NCBI GenBank assembly: GCA_028534125.1
Contig: CM052818.1
Span: 10,356,001-10,420,000 of the forward strand
Reading direction: 5' to 3'
Length of the DNA stretch: 64,000 bases
Origin: Lama glama
Taxonomy: Eukaryota
The notes under the pieces are model-generated. The model searched no databases, was not told the DNA's origin, and saw nothing but the letters and a program-made list of their open reading frames with translations. The position numbers and the translations under genes are program-made. How positions within the stretch are numbered: the stretch's first letter is position 1; every line of letters starts with the position of its first letter. This document shows positions 52,283-64,000 of this stretch, piece by piece.

Positions 52283-52934
52283 GTCTGCTCTTCAGTGAAG
52301 CACTCCAGCTCCAGCTACTCTCTAGGGCCTGAAACATATGAAATAATTGTTAGTAAGATATCCAGCGATGAAACATTTTTGAGGAACCATTCGTTCCTGG
52401 CCATCTTTTTCCATTCAAAACTGGGCTGGGGAGAAATGAACAGGATAAAGCAAAGAAGGAAGAAATCAGAGTTTTATTGTTCTCAAAACCAACCTTATTA
52501 TTTCAGTCTGTTTTTATTCATTCAAAATATTTGATCAAATGCAGAACTATTCTTATAAGTTGTGTTTAAATATAAAGGCAGTTTCTTTGGGACTAGACCA
52601 TACTAAATTTCTTATTTCTCAACAGGTTGTTTTATGTATTGTATAGAAAGAGCCTGTTTTAGGAGTTGTTTAACAGATGAAACGAGTTCTTGGATAAGAG
52701 GCATTGTTCCATCTGCAACATGGTTAGAACTCTTGTACATTTGCATTTCTGTGTTTCAGAATTATTCAGGCAATAAATTACTCAGGATGTCAACCTTATG
52801 CTGAAACAGAAATGACCTACTTTGTGAGGATCTCATGTATTTTAAATTTAACCTTGTGCCTTTTCTTCAGCTGGGAACAGGAGAAAGTAAGTGAAGAATG
52901 GTGAAGTCCTGGTCTTTTTAAGTAATCACAAGGA

Positions 52935-53190
52935 GACCAAAATAGCTAAAATAAATTGAGATTTTACTACGTGCTAGGTGTTGTTCTAAGGGTTTGATGT
53001 GCATTAACTCGTTTATTTTCTTATAGCAACCCAGGAGGTAGGTGCTGTTACTACAATTGAGGAAAATGAAGCACTGAGAGGTTAAAAATCTTGCCCAAGT
53101 TCCCAAAACCAGTAAGAGGGAGAGTTTAGATTTGAACACGTAGTCTGAGTTCAAAACCTGTACCCCTAACAATGAATACTCTACCACCTC
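52935..53190 (-). mobile_element. MIR SINE, near full length
   Basis: aatagctaa...tactacgtgctagg...attaactcgttta...gaggtaggtgct...gaagcactgagaggttaa...cttgcccaag...gatttgaac. Confidence 0.85.
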
Positions 53191-53234
53191 TCTAAGGAGA
53201 GTTTTGTACTTCTTTGAAGAACAATATTGAGGGG

Positions 53235-53340
53235 AGAGATTTTGGTCTCTCTTTATTCACTGATGAAAATTCAGACCCCAGAATAGTCCATGGCACATAG
53301 TAGGCACTCAATAAATTTTGGCTAGAAGAATGAATGGGAG
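53235..53340 (+). mobile_element. L2a-like 3' end
   Basis: ttattcactg...agaatagtccatggcacatagtaggcactcaataaatttt...gaatgaatg. Confidence 0.8.
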
Positions 53341-53539
53341 TTGATATTGGCAATTCTGGGTTTTCCAATGCCAAAGTCATCTATTCCAAATTTGCTAAGT
53401 GAAAAAGGCAACTCTTTGTCTCTCTTTGGTTTATCTGAACCCTCTCTTAGCTTCCAAAGTTTTTCTTCCAGATGCCTTCCTTGACTTTTTGGAATAAGTT
53501 AGCTGCCCTAGAAACAGGGTCCACTAGTTCCCTGCATTT

Positions 53540-53720
53540 TCTTGAGATGGCAATTTTCATACTTCATTGTAATTATTTATTTAGTTGGCCATCTTCCTGG
53601 CTACATGGTAAGCTCTGCAAGAACAGGGTCTCTGTTTTGCTCACCACTGTAACTCTAGACCCAGCGCAGAACTGGGCACAGAGACGTCTGTTTGTGGGTA
53701 GTTGTTGAAAGAATGATTGA
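53540..53720 (+). mobile_element. L2 3' end
   Basis: attgtaattattta...gtaagctctgcaagaacagggtc...tgctcaccactgtaactctag...ttgttgaaagaatga. Confidence 0.7.
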
Positions 53721-53769
53721 AAGAAGATAACTTATTTTTCTACTTGTTATTTACAAAGAACCTTCACAA

Positions 53770-54277
53770 TGTATTAGGTATCTATTGCAGCATAGCAAAT
53801 TACCTTAAAACCCACAGTCTTAAAACAATAGTAAATATGTATTAACTCTTACCATTTCTGTGAATCAGAAATTCAGGAATGACTTAGCTGGGTGGTTCTG
53901 ACTCAGGGTCTTTCCTGAGGTTGGAGTCAGATGTAAGCCATGGCTGCAGTCATCTGAAGGCTTGACTGAGGCTGGAGGAGCCACTTCCAAGATGCCTCTC
54001 CCACAGGTCTTTTGTTGGGAGGCCTCAGCTTCTGTTCACGTGGGCCTCTCCATAGGACTGCTCGAGTGTCTCAATGATGTGGCAGCTGGCTTTCCCCAGA
54101 ATAAGTGGTGTAAGAGAAGATGGTGAATGCTGCCATGCCTGTTATGACCTAGCCTTGGAAGGCTACTATGCCTTTCTACTGGTCATGCAGACTGGTCCTG
54201 ATGCAGTGTGGCAGGAGGCTCCACAAGGGCATAGATACCAAGACCAGAGGCAGCTGTAGTGGAGATTGGTCACCACA
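53770..54277 (-). mobile_element. MaLR solo LTR (MLT1F-like), apparently inserted into a MIR
   Basis: tgtattag..atctattgc...tttctgtgaatcagaaattcagga...ggctgcagtcatctgaaggcttgactgaggctggagga.ccacttccaagatg...caccaca. Confidence 0.85.
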
Positions 54278-56449
54278 CGTATCATTTGACATCTCTTCCT
54301 ATCACGCCTATGAAATATTATTCCTGTCTTACAGGTAAGGGTGACAGTGAGTTGCTTAAGATTATACTCTGGCCTTAAATCCAAGTTTATTCCCTCTAAG
54401 TTAAGTTCTTTCCAACATATCATAGCTGTATGATTAACTAAGTAAATTACATATAGCTTTCAGAAAACTCAAGATATAAAAATCTAAACACCAAATTAGA
54501 AGTATTATTTGCATTACAAAAGAATTCACCATACTATAGGATTATTTAAATGGCATATTCAAAGTGACTCAAAGATGAGTTTTAATGTGACTTTTGGGCA
54601 CACATGTGTTAGGTAACGAGAAATATAATTTTAAAATGTGTGTGCTGGAAACAATTAGATTGTGGATTTCTTGAAAGCAAGGATAGAGTCAGGTGTATCT
54701 TCAGTACCAACCCTGGCACCTGGCCCAGAGGAAGCTTTCAATAAAAGTTCATTAAATAAAGGAATGGTTATGGCAAAATACCTATAGCTACAATTTCTTA
54801 AGAATCTTTTTGTATATGAAAAGTTAACACATTACTTTTAAAGTAATGTATTTTATTAAATACATTTAAGTAATATATTTAAATACATTTATTCTTATTT
54901 TATAACTAAGAGCCTGATCCCTACTGAGCTTTATTATTACTAGACTACCTAAAACTAGATATTAGTACTGGCTGGATGTAACATGTTGGGAAACTTTTTA
55001 TCCCGGCTGAGTTGCGAGGTTGAAAAACTGACAGATGTCTAATGAAAACAAAGAAAAAGAAAAATCTCACCTAGAGAATGGATAAAAGATCTGTTTTCAG
55101 AACATGTAGGTAAATGGAATGGTGTTTATTATTAGACTCAATTAACCAACCAAACCATTGTCCTAAATCTGAATAAAATCTTTTCCATTGGAAACAAATA
55201 CTGAAGAATTTTTAAAAGTTTTTAAAAAAATGCATCACACTCCAGTTGGGTCTAAGACTTGAAGAGATTCTTGGCAGATTTTTTCTTTTTTAATAGCCAG
55301 GGGATCTAATGTTTTCTGACTTGAACACTTTGCTGTTTGTAAAGATTTTCTAGGGGAAGGTGAACAGATGCTTCTTTGGAATAATTCCTTATCGAGTCTG
55401 TGAAATTAGTAGGTTATCACGTTTATGATGGTATGGTTGTTAACATAAGCTCACATAGGGGATCGAATTATGGCCAGACATAGATAAAAGATTTTTATCT
55501 TTTATAGAGTTAAAGAAAGATATTTGTTGAACAACTACAGTTAAGGATAGGAAGGTTAGCTCTAGAATCCTAATCGCAATGATAGCCTGGTATGAATATT
55601 ATACAGCATTATACAGTTTACTTTTGTGATGGTGGTAATGTAAGATGAGTTCTGTTTATCCTAATTCAGGTAGTATAGACGTGTATTTCCAAGTGTAAAT
55701 TTCTCAGTTAAGTTTCCTACATAGATTTGCTGTTAGTCATTCTTCTGTTTGAACAGTGAGCTGTTTAGGGTTTGAAGGGAGAAGCGTCTATGACAGGAAT
55801 GAAAGTACATACCGTGTGACATCATACCCCTTCCTCATCCACAGCAGACGTTTATTGTGGCACATTTGCTTCCTGAGTCATTGTTAAAGGTTTGCAAAAG
55901 AGTAAGAGACTGGCAAAATCAGGAGAGATCAAAATGATCACTCATGAGCGAGAACTCTATAATAAGCGATAGGAATTTGCCTTGATAAAGCAATAACTTA
56001 CTTGTTGTTGGCTAAAGATAACAACAGATAAAGATGAATAAATTTGACTCACCTGAGGGGAGTTATAAAGAAAAAATTTGCTCTTTTATGTGAGTTGCAT
56101 GAATTGTCATTTAATATTTCATATATAAGAGGAATGCATAAGAAGTTAAAATTATTTTTAGTTTAAAAACTTCTTTAAACTGAAGACTTTCAACAGATTG
56201 ACTCCTGTTTTTATGCAAAATCTACCCATAAAAGGTACAGAAGATTAAACCTAGAAAGGACTATTGAGACCACTTTTTCCCACATTCTTTCCATTTTACC
56301 ACTGCAAAAACTAAGGCTCAGACTGGGGAGCTGAGTCATGCAAGTTCACAAAGCTCTTACGTGATGGCAGTGGGGCTAGTGAAATTGCTGCGTAGTGAGG
56401 GCACACAGTAAGTGGATTTCAAAATCTCTTCAACTCTCAGGTATGCTGT

Positions 56450-56660
56450 TTCTCTCTAACCCCTCATGAACTCTCTGATATTACGTATTTGTTTATTTTC
56501 TGTCTCCACCTACTAGAATGTAAAGTCTGAGGACTAAGTCTGTATCTGTTTTGTTCTCTACTATTTCCTTTGTATATCCTCCTCATTTATTGAGGATATA
56601 GTACAAAAATATATGTTTGAGGATATATGTTCAGAAAACAGATGCTGTTGAGTAAATGAG
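56450..56660 (+). mobile_element. L2 3' end (preceded by an antisense MIR at about 56240-56380)
   Basis: atttgtttattttctgtctccacctactagaatgtaaag...tgttttgttctctactatttcc...tgttgagtaaatga. Confidence 0.7.
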
Positions 56661-56742
56661 CCAAGATGGGGTTCAGAATCTTTGCTAACCTCACACTCCA
56701 GATAGCTGCCACCAGTTAATTGTAGCTAGCTTTCTAGTAACT

Positions 56743-57280
56743 TGTGGTGGACAGACTCCAGGGTCACCCTCATGACCTTCCTCTCTTGCTGTTCACGTCC
56801 TTGAGGGAGGGAGTGACCTATGACTTGCTTCTACCAGTAGAATGCAGCAAAGGTAAAAGAATGTGTGTGATTACATGTATGTGATTCCATTACATAAGAC
56901 TGTGACCCCTGTCTTGCTAAGAGACATTCTTCCTTGCTGACTTTGAAGAAGCAAGCTGCCATGTTTTGAGATGCCCATAAAGAGGGTCACTTGGCAAGGA
57001 ACCGAGGGTGGCATTTAGATAACATCCAGCAGAAAACTGAGCCTCAGTCCAATGGTCTGCAAGGAACTGAATGCAGCCAACATCCATGTGAGCTTGGAAA
57101 TGGTTCCTTCTCCAGTTAGCCTGAGATGAGACTCCAGCACTGCTAATACCCTGTTTGCAGCCTTATAGAGGACTCAGCGAAGCCATGCCCAGACTCAGGA
57201 TTCACAGAAACTGTGAGAGAGTATATGTGTGTTGTTTTGAACTGCTGCTTGTTGTAATTTATCTAGCAGTAAATAACACA
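56743..57280 (+). mobile_element. MaLR solo LTR (MLT1E-like)
   Basis: tgtggtggacagactcc...tgacttgcttcta..agtagaat...ctttgaagaagcaagctgccatg...tggcaaggaac...aaggaactgaatgcagccaaca...cacagaaactgtgaga. Confidence 0.85.
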
Positions 57281-58344
57281 ACCACCTCTCATTTAGATGC
57301 ATTCCCTCATTTGGATATTCACAAAATAGAATTCTAAACCAGGTTTAGAGTACTCTAAATTCAACAAGAAACATAATCTAGGAGAAAATGAAGCTCTTTT
57401 TTGAAAGAAGAAAGGCTTAGTGTCTGGTTTGTGTTGTGTTGAATCTTCCAGGGCCACAGCTTTCAGCTCTTTATGATCTACTGGTACCTAATCATGGCTT
57501 ATTCATAGACATCAGAGTTCTCTTCCCTTCTGCTCACCTGGTTGCCAGCATTCAAACTAATTCACAAGATAAACTGGGCATAGAGTCAGGGTGGGAGCAT
57601 ATCTGAGCATCTCTGTTTATATCAAAAAATGGTTCTCAACATTTTGACTGTATTTCATATCAGTCCGTAGGTGAGTAACCAAAGATGCCACTCTCTAAAA
57701 GGGGCCTTTCATTTAAAATAGATTGTCTTTGTAGACTGTGTGTGTTAGTAAAGGTTGATGAAGCCCCTTTAAAAAAATGGAGTCAAGTAATTTTTCATGA
57801 ATCTAAATGATCTTTATGTTCATCACTGAATTTTGTGGGATTGGCCATTTCTGTATGCGGTGAAATTGTGCCTTTGCATTTCAAAGCCAAATAGAAATAA
57901 AATAGATTATGTGTAATTTTGCATTGTCCTTGTCCTGCCTCTGTAGGTAATTGATGATATCAGTACTCTTACTTCACAAAGTCAGTGCTGTTTAGCAAAA
58001 TCGGCTTTATATCAAATCTCACTTCTCCAACTGATTCCATAGAATATTACTTGGATATCCATAAAAAAATTGTTCACCAAATAATGAATTGAGAATGTTA
58101 TATGAAGACAATGTTGATGTTGTGGCCAGGTCTGTGAACTCTTGGAAATATATTGGATGTGCTTTTCCAGTTACTTTAGAACTACAAGACACGACTATCA
58201 CTTCCTTTATCTCTACTTACTCTAGACCACGGAACACATTTTAGTTTGGAGAATTGTCTCTTCTCTGTGTTCAGAGCACTCAGAACTCAGCGCTTTTTAA
58301 TACTCCTTTGCCAGGCTTATTTCCAATGCCTAAGAGAGCTAGCC

Positions 58345-58377
58345 TGCAATACCTGATTTTACCAGTAGGTGCTGCTC
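58345..58377 (+). promoter_or_regulatory. Candidate CTCF site with upstream (ZF9-11) motif
   Basis: TGCAATACC (58345-58353), 8 nt, then CCAGTAGGTGCTGC (58362-58375). The core deviates from CCASYAGRKGGCRS at the GGC. Confidence 0.55.
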
Positions 58378-61300
58378 TTTAAATTTCAATATCTAGTACA
58401 GTGATTTTTTTTTTTTTTACACCACCCCTACCATCACCTCCGCCCCAAACTAATTTGAGGACACAGAAGCACCCCATACTTTAAAAATTTTTGTTGCATA
58501 TTAGGATACTGATAAGTTTTTGTTTGAAGAAATGTTTTTCTTCTAAATAAATTGGAAGCCACAGCCTTAACCTGAAAATATTCCAAGTTTGATATTTAAG
58601 TTTTTATAAAATAAATTAGTGAGCTATTCTAGGAATGCTATCAGGTTTCCCTTTTACATAATACTTTTTTTGTAAGTGCAAAAAGATATTTCTTGACAAG
58701 AAAATATGTTAAATATATTCAAAATGAACAGCTTGGGAAGTATCTTTGAAATAAATCTTATTGTTCAATTGTTTAGTCCCTTTTTTCTCAGTAAGCTAGA
58801 AATTACCTACATGTTTTGGTTTCACTGGTAACTGCATACATTTTTCAGGTGCAGTTGAATTTTTTGAAAGAACGCATTTCTGTTTTTTAAAAAAGTAGTA
58901 GAAAGAATTCTAAAGAAGAAAGAAATTTTACTGAAAAAGTGGCATTTCTAATCTTTATACTTCTCTACCAGACTAGAGATTAACCATTGTGGCAGTAGCA
59001 GCACCAATTTTTTTTTTTTGTGGGGAGCACATACATAATTGATCTGAGGCAATAATTCAATGCTAAAATTGTCTCATGTTCCATGAAAACTTGAAGCAGG
59101 ATGACAGAGTGGCTCAGACACAATGTTTTATGAGAATAAGCAGCCAGTAGCCCTTGGCAGAAGCTGTGGGACTTATGGGTTAACTTTGGGTGTTCCATTA
59201 AGGCTACCAGCCCATCTGTGTCAGTTCCTGGAAAGCTACCTGGTCAGGGAAAAAGACAAGTGCTAAACCTGGGGTATGGGAGAGAGGTATAATAAAAATA
59301 ATAAAAACCACAGGGCTCACCATATTTCAACATAGAGAGTCTTATATTCAGGTAAGAAGTTATCTTTATAGGAAGGTCTTTCCCCCTTTATTCTTTGCTT
59401 TTTTTTCTTTATAAAAAATCTTTGCTGACTTCATAAGATTGTTTCCTGTGAATGAAATTCTTCACTTCAGGGCTGATACGTTGTGACTTATGAAAATCTG
59501 AAATACCTGTTGTGGATCAGCTCTCACTTAGCAAGGGCTGGATTTGTCAGGTGATGATTGAAGTTGTAAATCAGTATTCTTGGATCTGGAATTTCCTATA
59601 GTGAAGCAAATAGCTGCAAACCTCAGCTTTAAGAATAAAATAAAATAAAATGCAACAAGCGGTAATAATAATAAAAAAAAAACCTTGACAGGCAAATTTG
59701 GCGTTCCGCATTGTGCATTTCTTTGCAGTCTCTCAGACTTTCTGAACACTGTAATTTGTTTGTGCTGGTGCATCACTATCATCAAAGATACAGGACTTTA
59801 TTAGCTCTTCTCTCTTAGGGAGCCCTTTTTTCTTTCTTTCTTTTTTTTTAAGGGGAAGGAATGCATAAAAGTTCAGCCACTTGAATCTGTGTGTAATCAC
59901 ACTTCTAGCAAAAGTCTTATGTTTCTTTAGGAGGAGAAAGAAAAGAAGGAAGACTGTAAAGAAAGGAAGGAATAGTGGATGGGAAGGGAGAAGAGAGGGA
60001 AAGAGAGGAAGAGAAAGAAACCTCAGGGCAATTTTCTTTTCAAAAAGTACGACACCAAGGTGACAATATTGTGCTGAGAGGATGAGGTGATTTCTCAGAC
60101 CTTCCCTTCCAAGTTTAACTACATTCCCTTCCAAGCTAAACAACTCTTAGAAATAAATAGCTGACATTCAGAGCACAATGTTAGTAAACAACAGTTCCTT
60201 TACTGTCTGTGGAGAAAACTTTGTCCTTGCTGTGTGGATCAGGACTGAATGGTAATCTTATTTTTAGTTCAAGAGTTTTTAAACATTTGGAAGGAATTAA
60301 AATGAGATCAGATGAATGGTGATAGAGGAGCTTTAACAGCCTGTGGGGCTGGAGTAATGGTCTATTAATGGCCTAAACTGATCATTTAGTCACAAGTCTG
60401 AAGTCTGTGTCTACTTTTGCTCTCCCGAGGCTGAGATCCACTCATAAGACAGCTGTCCAGGGCACAGAGGGGAGCTGGAGTGTTGAAGGAGGAACTTGCA
60501 GTCGGTGGTGGAGAGTCTTGCATTGGCTGCTCCTCTGTGTTAATGACCATTTTGTCTCTAAATCCAAAGATACACTCATCAGCTTTTCAAAAAAAACAAA
60601 ATGGGGTGGCCGGGCCATTTAACCAGAGGCTATGGACTTCTCCTCACCTGGTACCGTCTCCTGGTTCTGAGCCCAGATGTTCTCTCTTTCTATTATGTTT
60701 CCTACTGCCTTGTCACCTCAGTAGTCACCCTTTGTCACCCTTCCTACTTGATCTCTCTTCTTCTGAATTTCAGATGGAGGCACTCAGGGTGTGGGCAGAC
60801 AAGACTGAATGGACCCATGGGGCTTTCGTGGCACCATATTTAGAAGTGCCTGGAAGTCGGGAACGTGATCCTGGCCTTGCTGTGAAGGAACCTGAACCCA
60901 CTGTATGGAACTGTCAGCCAGGGCACCTGCCTTGTGCAGGGAAGGGGTCTGAAACTGGCTTGCTGGCTCTCATTGAAGGCTGTGGGACAGAAAGGGTGAT
61001 GAGTTAGTGGCAGAAATGGAGAGCTGAGATGGAAGAAGATGATTCTGCTTTGAAGCCTTTCTGTCCTGCTCTGCACAGGATGCTGTCTGGGTCTGGGATT
61101 CTTGTAATTGCTTGGCATTCCTGATAGGGTTTGTGGCCTGTTGGCAATTTATCCAGATGTAGAAAAGGATTCTTCTAAGTTAGGAAAAAGAAAGCCCTGC
61201 CCGATCTTTAAAACACACCTCTACTTTGTTCTTTTTTGTGATACACAAAGGGGATGGTGAGTGATGGAATGGAGGAGAGTGGTAGTGCACCATTCCTCAA

Positions 61301-61808
61301 GTGGTGTTTCCAGAAGCCAGGGAAGAGGTACGGGGCCGGGCTGAAAGATGCCGTGTGCTGTTGAGTTGTGAGACCCAGAGACACCCAACACCTGAGGTTG
61401 TGGACGGGGCCTCCTGTTAGCTCCTCACAAACACTTCCCTCCTCCCCAGGCCTTTCCCTTAGGCAGCCTCACATTTCATCTGGTCCCTGCAGAAAGTCAT
61501 CTGCTTTTCAGGCCCTTCCTGGTGGGCTGCCAGGTAACATTCTCGGCATGCGGTTTTGGCTGTGAGAACCATCTGGCAAAGGGATGGAGGGTGGGAATGC
61601 AGAAAGGTCACCCTATCCCAGGGTTAGTTCTGGCCACAGCCCCCAGTTGGTTGTAACTCTTCATTCTTGAGACCAAAGGGCAAGGAAACAGGGCACAGGG
61701 AAGCCAGGAGAGAGCCATTCCGTGCTGTCCCAGCTTAGATTTCCATGGCTTGAGAAGAGGAAAGCTGAGTGATAACAAGGGCTGACTCCCAACCATGTTA
61801 TCCTAGAG

Positions 61809-61982
61809 CAGTGGTTCTCAAATTTGAGCACGTGTCCAAATCTCCTACAGAGTTTAAGACTCAGATTTCTGGGCCCCCCTCCCATAGTTTCTGGTGCAGT
61901 AGGTCTGAGAATTTGTGTCTCTAACAAGCTCCCAGGTGATGCTGATTCTGCAGGTCCGGGGACGGCTCTCGGAGACCCCCTG
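61809..61982. mobile_element. MER5A hAT-Charlie MITE
   Basis: cagtggttctcaaa...cagatttctgggcccc...gtaggtctgagaatttg..tctctaacaagctcccaggtgatgctgat.ctgcaggtcc. Confidence 0.9.
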
Positions 61983-62214
61983 AAGCTCAGGGCGAGCCCC
62001 GGCCCACTGCAGGACTCCATCTGTGACCTCTGTGGATAGCTCTGATCCTAGGGTGCTGTAGCATCTTTCCGCATGTCTGCCTGCTTCTTCAAGCTCTGCG
62101 GTCCTCCAGGGAGCTTCTCTGTTTCTAGGGCAGAGCTGGGCAGGTCGAGAGTGTTCAGAGTGATTTTGTTGAAGGGTGATTTTTGAGATCTGTATCACAG
62201 GCCTTGATGTGCTT

Positions 62215-62575
62215 AGAACCGTAGAATGTTAGAGTTGAAAGGGAATTTATTGCTGACCGAATCCAACCAAGTTGTTCTACAAACAGGGAAACTGAAGTTC
62301 AGGAAGACCCAGGTCACAAGATTACGCAACTAGCCAGTCGTATACTTCAATTTAGTGCCCTGATTGATTGAGCAGTTGTCCACTATGCTGGAAACCAGGC
62401 TGAACACTGAAAGTTCTGACTTAATTTCTTGTATGATCTCCCTGTATTGTCATTTAATTGTCAGAGTAACTCTGTGGGTCAGCACAGTTGTTATACTCAT
62501 TTTGCAGGTGCAAAAACTGAGGCCTTGAGAGGTAAATAAATTGCCTCAGTCACATGGTAAGTGAGGAGCCAGGCA
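62215..62575 (-). mobile_element. Two adjacent antisense MIR fragments (MIR3-like and MIRb-like)
   Basis: tagaatgttagagttgaaaggga...gggaaactgaagttcag and cattttgcaggtgcaaaaactgaggccttgagaggtaaataaattgcc...gtcacatggtaagt. Confidence 0.75.
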
Positions 62576-63602
62576 GTGCGACCAGAGAGGAAGCTGCTGA
62601 CCATGACGCTATTCTGCCTGCCATATAGTTGGTGCTCGATGAGTGCTGAGGTTCTGACCAGTTCAGTCTCTTCATCTGTGACATGGGAGTCATTTTTTGC
62701 AAAGCATTTTGAAGGCCAACATGAGAAACATGTACTAAAGCCCTTGAAGACTTAAGTGCTGCAGGACTGGGTGACACTGTTGGGAGAAGGGATTTGTAGT
62801 CTCCAGAGTGTTTTCACAGATACTCTGTGCTTCTGCAGGCACTTTACCCCCTAGGTGAAAAGCCCTGCAGGGCTGCCTCCACCGTGGGCCAGGTCTTGCT
62901 CTCACAGAGTCTTGATCGCCCTCCCAGTACACCTGTGTTCTGTGTATGTCGACATCTGTATGTTGTCTGTACTGAATTGTCACACAGGGACCCTACCGTA
63001 CCCATGTCTATTCCCCGAGGAACATCACATGGAGGGGCCCTCAGTGCTGGCTGAATGGGAGGTGTTCATATGCAGCATCATCAGAACCTGGATAAGTGGG
63101 CTTGGCAGGTGTTATAATCCCCAGACTGGACAGCAAGAGGGCTGAACCAGGTGAGCCTTGGGGTGGCCCACAGTCCCACAGTGAGTTCCTGGTAGAATTT
63201 CACCAAGAGCCCAGTCTTCTGCACTCCTTTCCATGTGGTCTCTTCATGAGTAGGTCAGTGGTATGGGAAATTGGGACCATCCTTTCCTTGATGACATAGT
63301 TGTGTCAGGGTCCTTCTAATTTTTGGCTGACCAACCATGAGTTATTCTTTCTCAAATATCCAGGTCCTTCCAAAATGATTAGGAAACTTCCTGAGACCAC
63401 CCAGCTTCCGATCTCTTGAGATTTGGGAAAATTGTGCCTCTGATGAGATAGAGACCTCCTCCAGGAGGAAGCTTCTTGGTAGTTTGAGGTAGTGAGATTG
63501 TGGCCTCACAGAATCTCAGGTTTTGTGGACCTCTCTTCGAGAGCTGGGCTTTGAATGGGGGCAGTGCCTGGGCAAGAAAAGCTTCCTGTTGCCCCCTCCC
63601 CA

Positions 63603-63710
63603 CTACACACACACACACCCAGATATCTACATCTATTTATATACATGTATTTATATCCATATCTATCTATATATGTATCTTTATATGTATCTCTATATAT
63701 ACATATGTTT
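63603..63710. repeat. (CA)n followed by degenerate (TATC/TATG)n low-complexity tract
   Basis: Directly visible; it explains the spurious Y/I-rich ORFs here. Confidence 0.85.
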
Positions 63711-64000
63711 ATGGCTGCTTTGGGACTGACTGAATTTTCCTCCCTCCTAAGCTGAGCTCCCTTTGGGAACATGGCCCTGGTGGTAATTTTGTAGTGTGTG
63801 AATCAGTCTATGTCATCCCACACTGGAGGCTTTTTTCTTTCTTGGCTGTTACTGCCAGCTCTCTCTGGCTTGCCCTGTACTGTATGCTCAGCTAGGGATA
63901 AAGTATGGTTTATGCTTGCTGGCTTGGGAGGGATGATTCACCAGAGGTTGAGCCCTTCAGGAATAGTTTACTGATGCAGGAATTAAGATGAGCTGTGTCC

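Noticed and set aside
54310..54345. ttcctgtcttacAG|GTAAGG as a recursive splice site
   Set aside because: It lies in the antisense MIR core (cccattttacagatgagg-derived), where such motifs arise easily, and the pyrimidine tract is short.
57664..57670. 7-nt micro-exon (cag TCCGTAG gtgagt)
   Set aside because: Good donor but weak polypyrimidine tract and frame-shifting length; not supportable without reads.
60480..61007. Longest ORF in the track (175 aa)
   Set aside because: Non-ATG start, no recognisable domain, composition typical of translated non-coding DNA, and no convincing exon boundaries.
1..64000. Naming a host gene or transcription direction, and prokaryote-style systems (CRISPR, operons)
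   Set aside because: No recognisable coding exon. Both large L1s are on the minus strand but the solo LTRs split 4:4, so orientation bias is uninformative. There are no regularly spaced repeat-spacer arrays, and the DNA is clearly mammalian.

Overview
Mammalian (eutherian) non-coding genomic DNA, either a gene desert or the interior of a very long intron. I cannot support any protein-coding gene, tRNA, rRNA or CRISPR array. The only ORF-track peptides with recognisable homology are decayed L1 ORF2 fragments. A large part of the window is ancient repeats, named from my recall of consensus sequences rather than a database search. These are many MIR and L2 fragments, one L3/CR1 3' end, eight MaLR/ERVL solo LTRs (MLT1/MLT2), hAT elements (MER5, Charlie4z-like, MER115), a Tc2 fragment, and two old antisense L1s. 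One L1 is near full length (about 26.0-34.2 kb) and is interrupted by a MER44/Tigger7 element. A younger L1 3' end of cetartiodactyl type, together with the absence of any recognised lineage SINE (Alu, B1/B2, Bov-tA, CHR, PRE-1, Can-SINE), tentatively suggests a camelid-like even-toed ungulate. The most notable observations are: (1) a 185-bp ERV-LTR-like 3' end that appears to have been retroposed by L1 (AATAAA, A-rich tail, 15-bp TSD) at 46.6-46.8 kb; (2) two repeat-free blocks of 4-5 kb that look like conserved developmental enhancer clusters (16.4-21.5 kb and 57.3-61.8 kb); (3) a CTCF site with the upstream ZF9-11 motif; (4) several candidate + strand exons, including a frame-preserving 81-nt one. 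I found no convincing evidence of a wholly new biological system.
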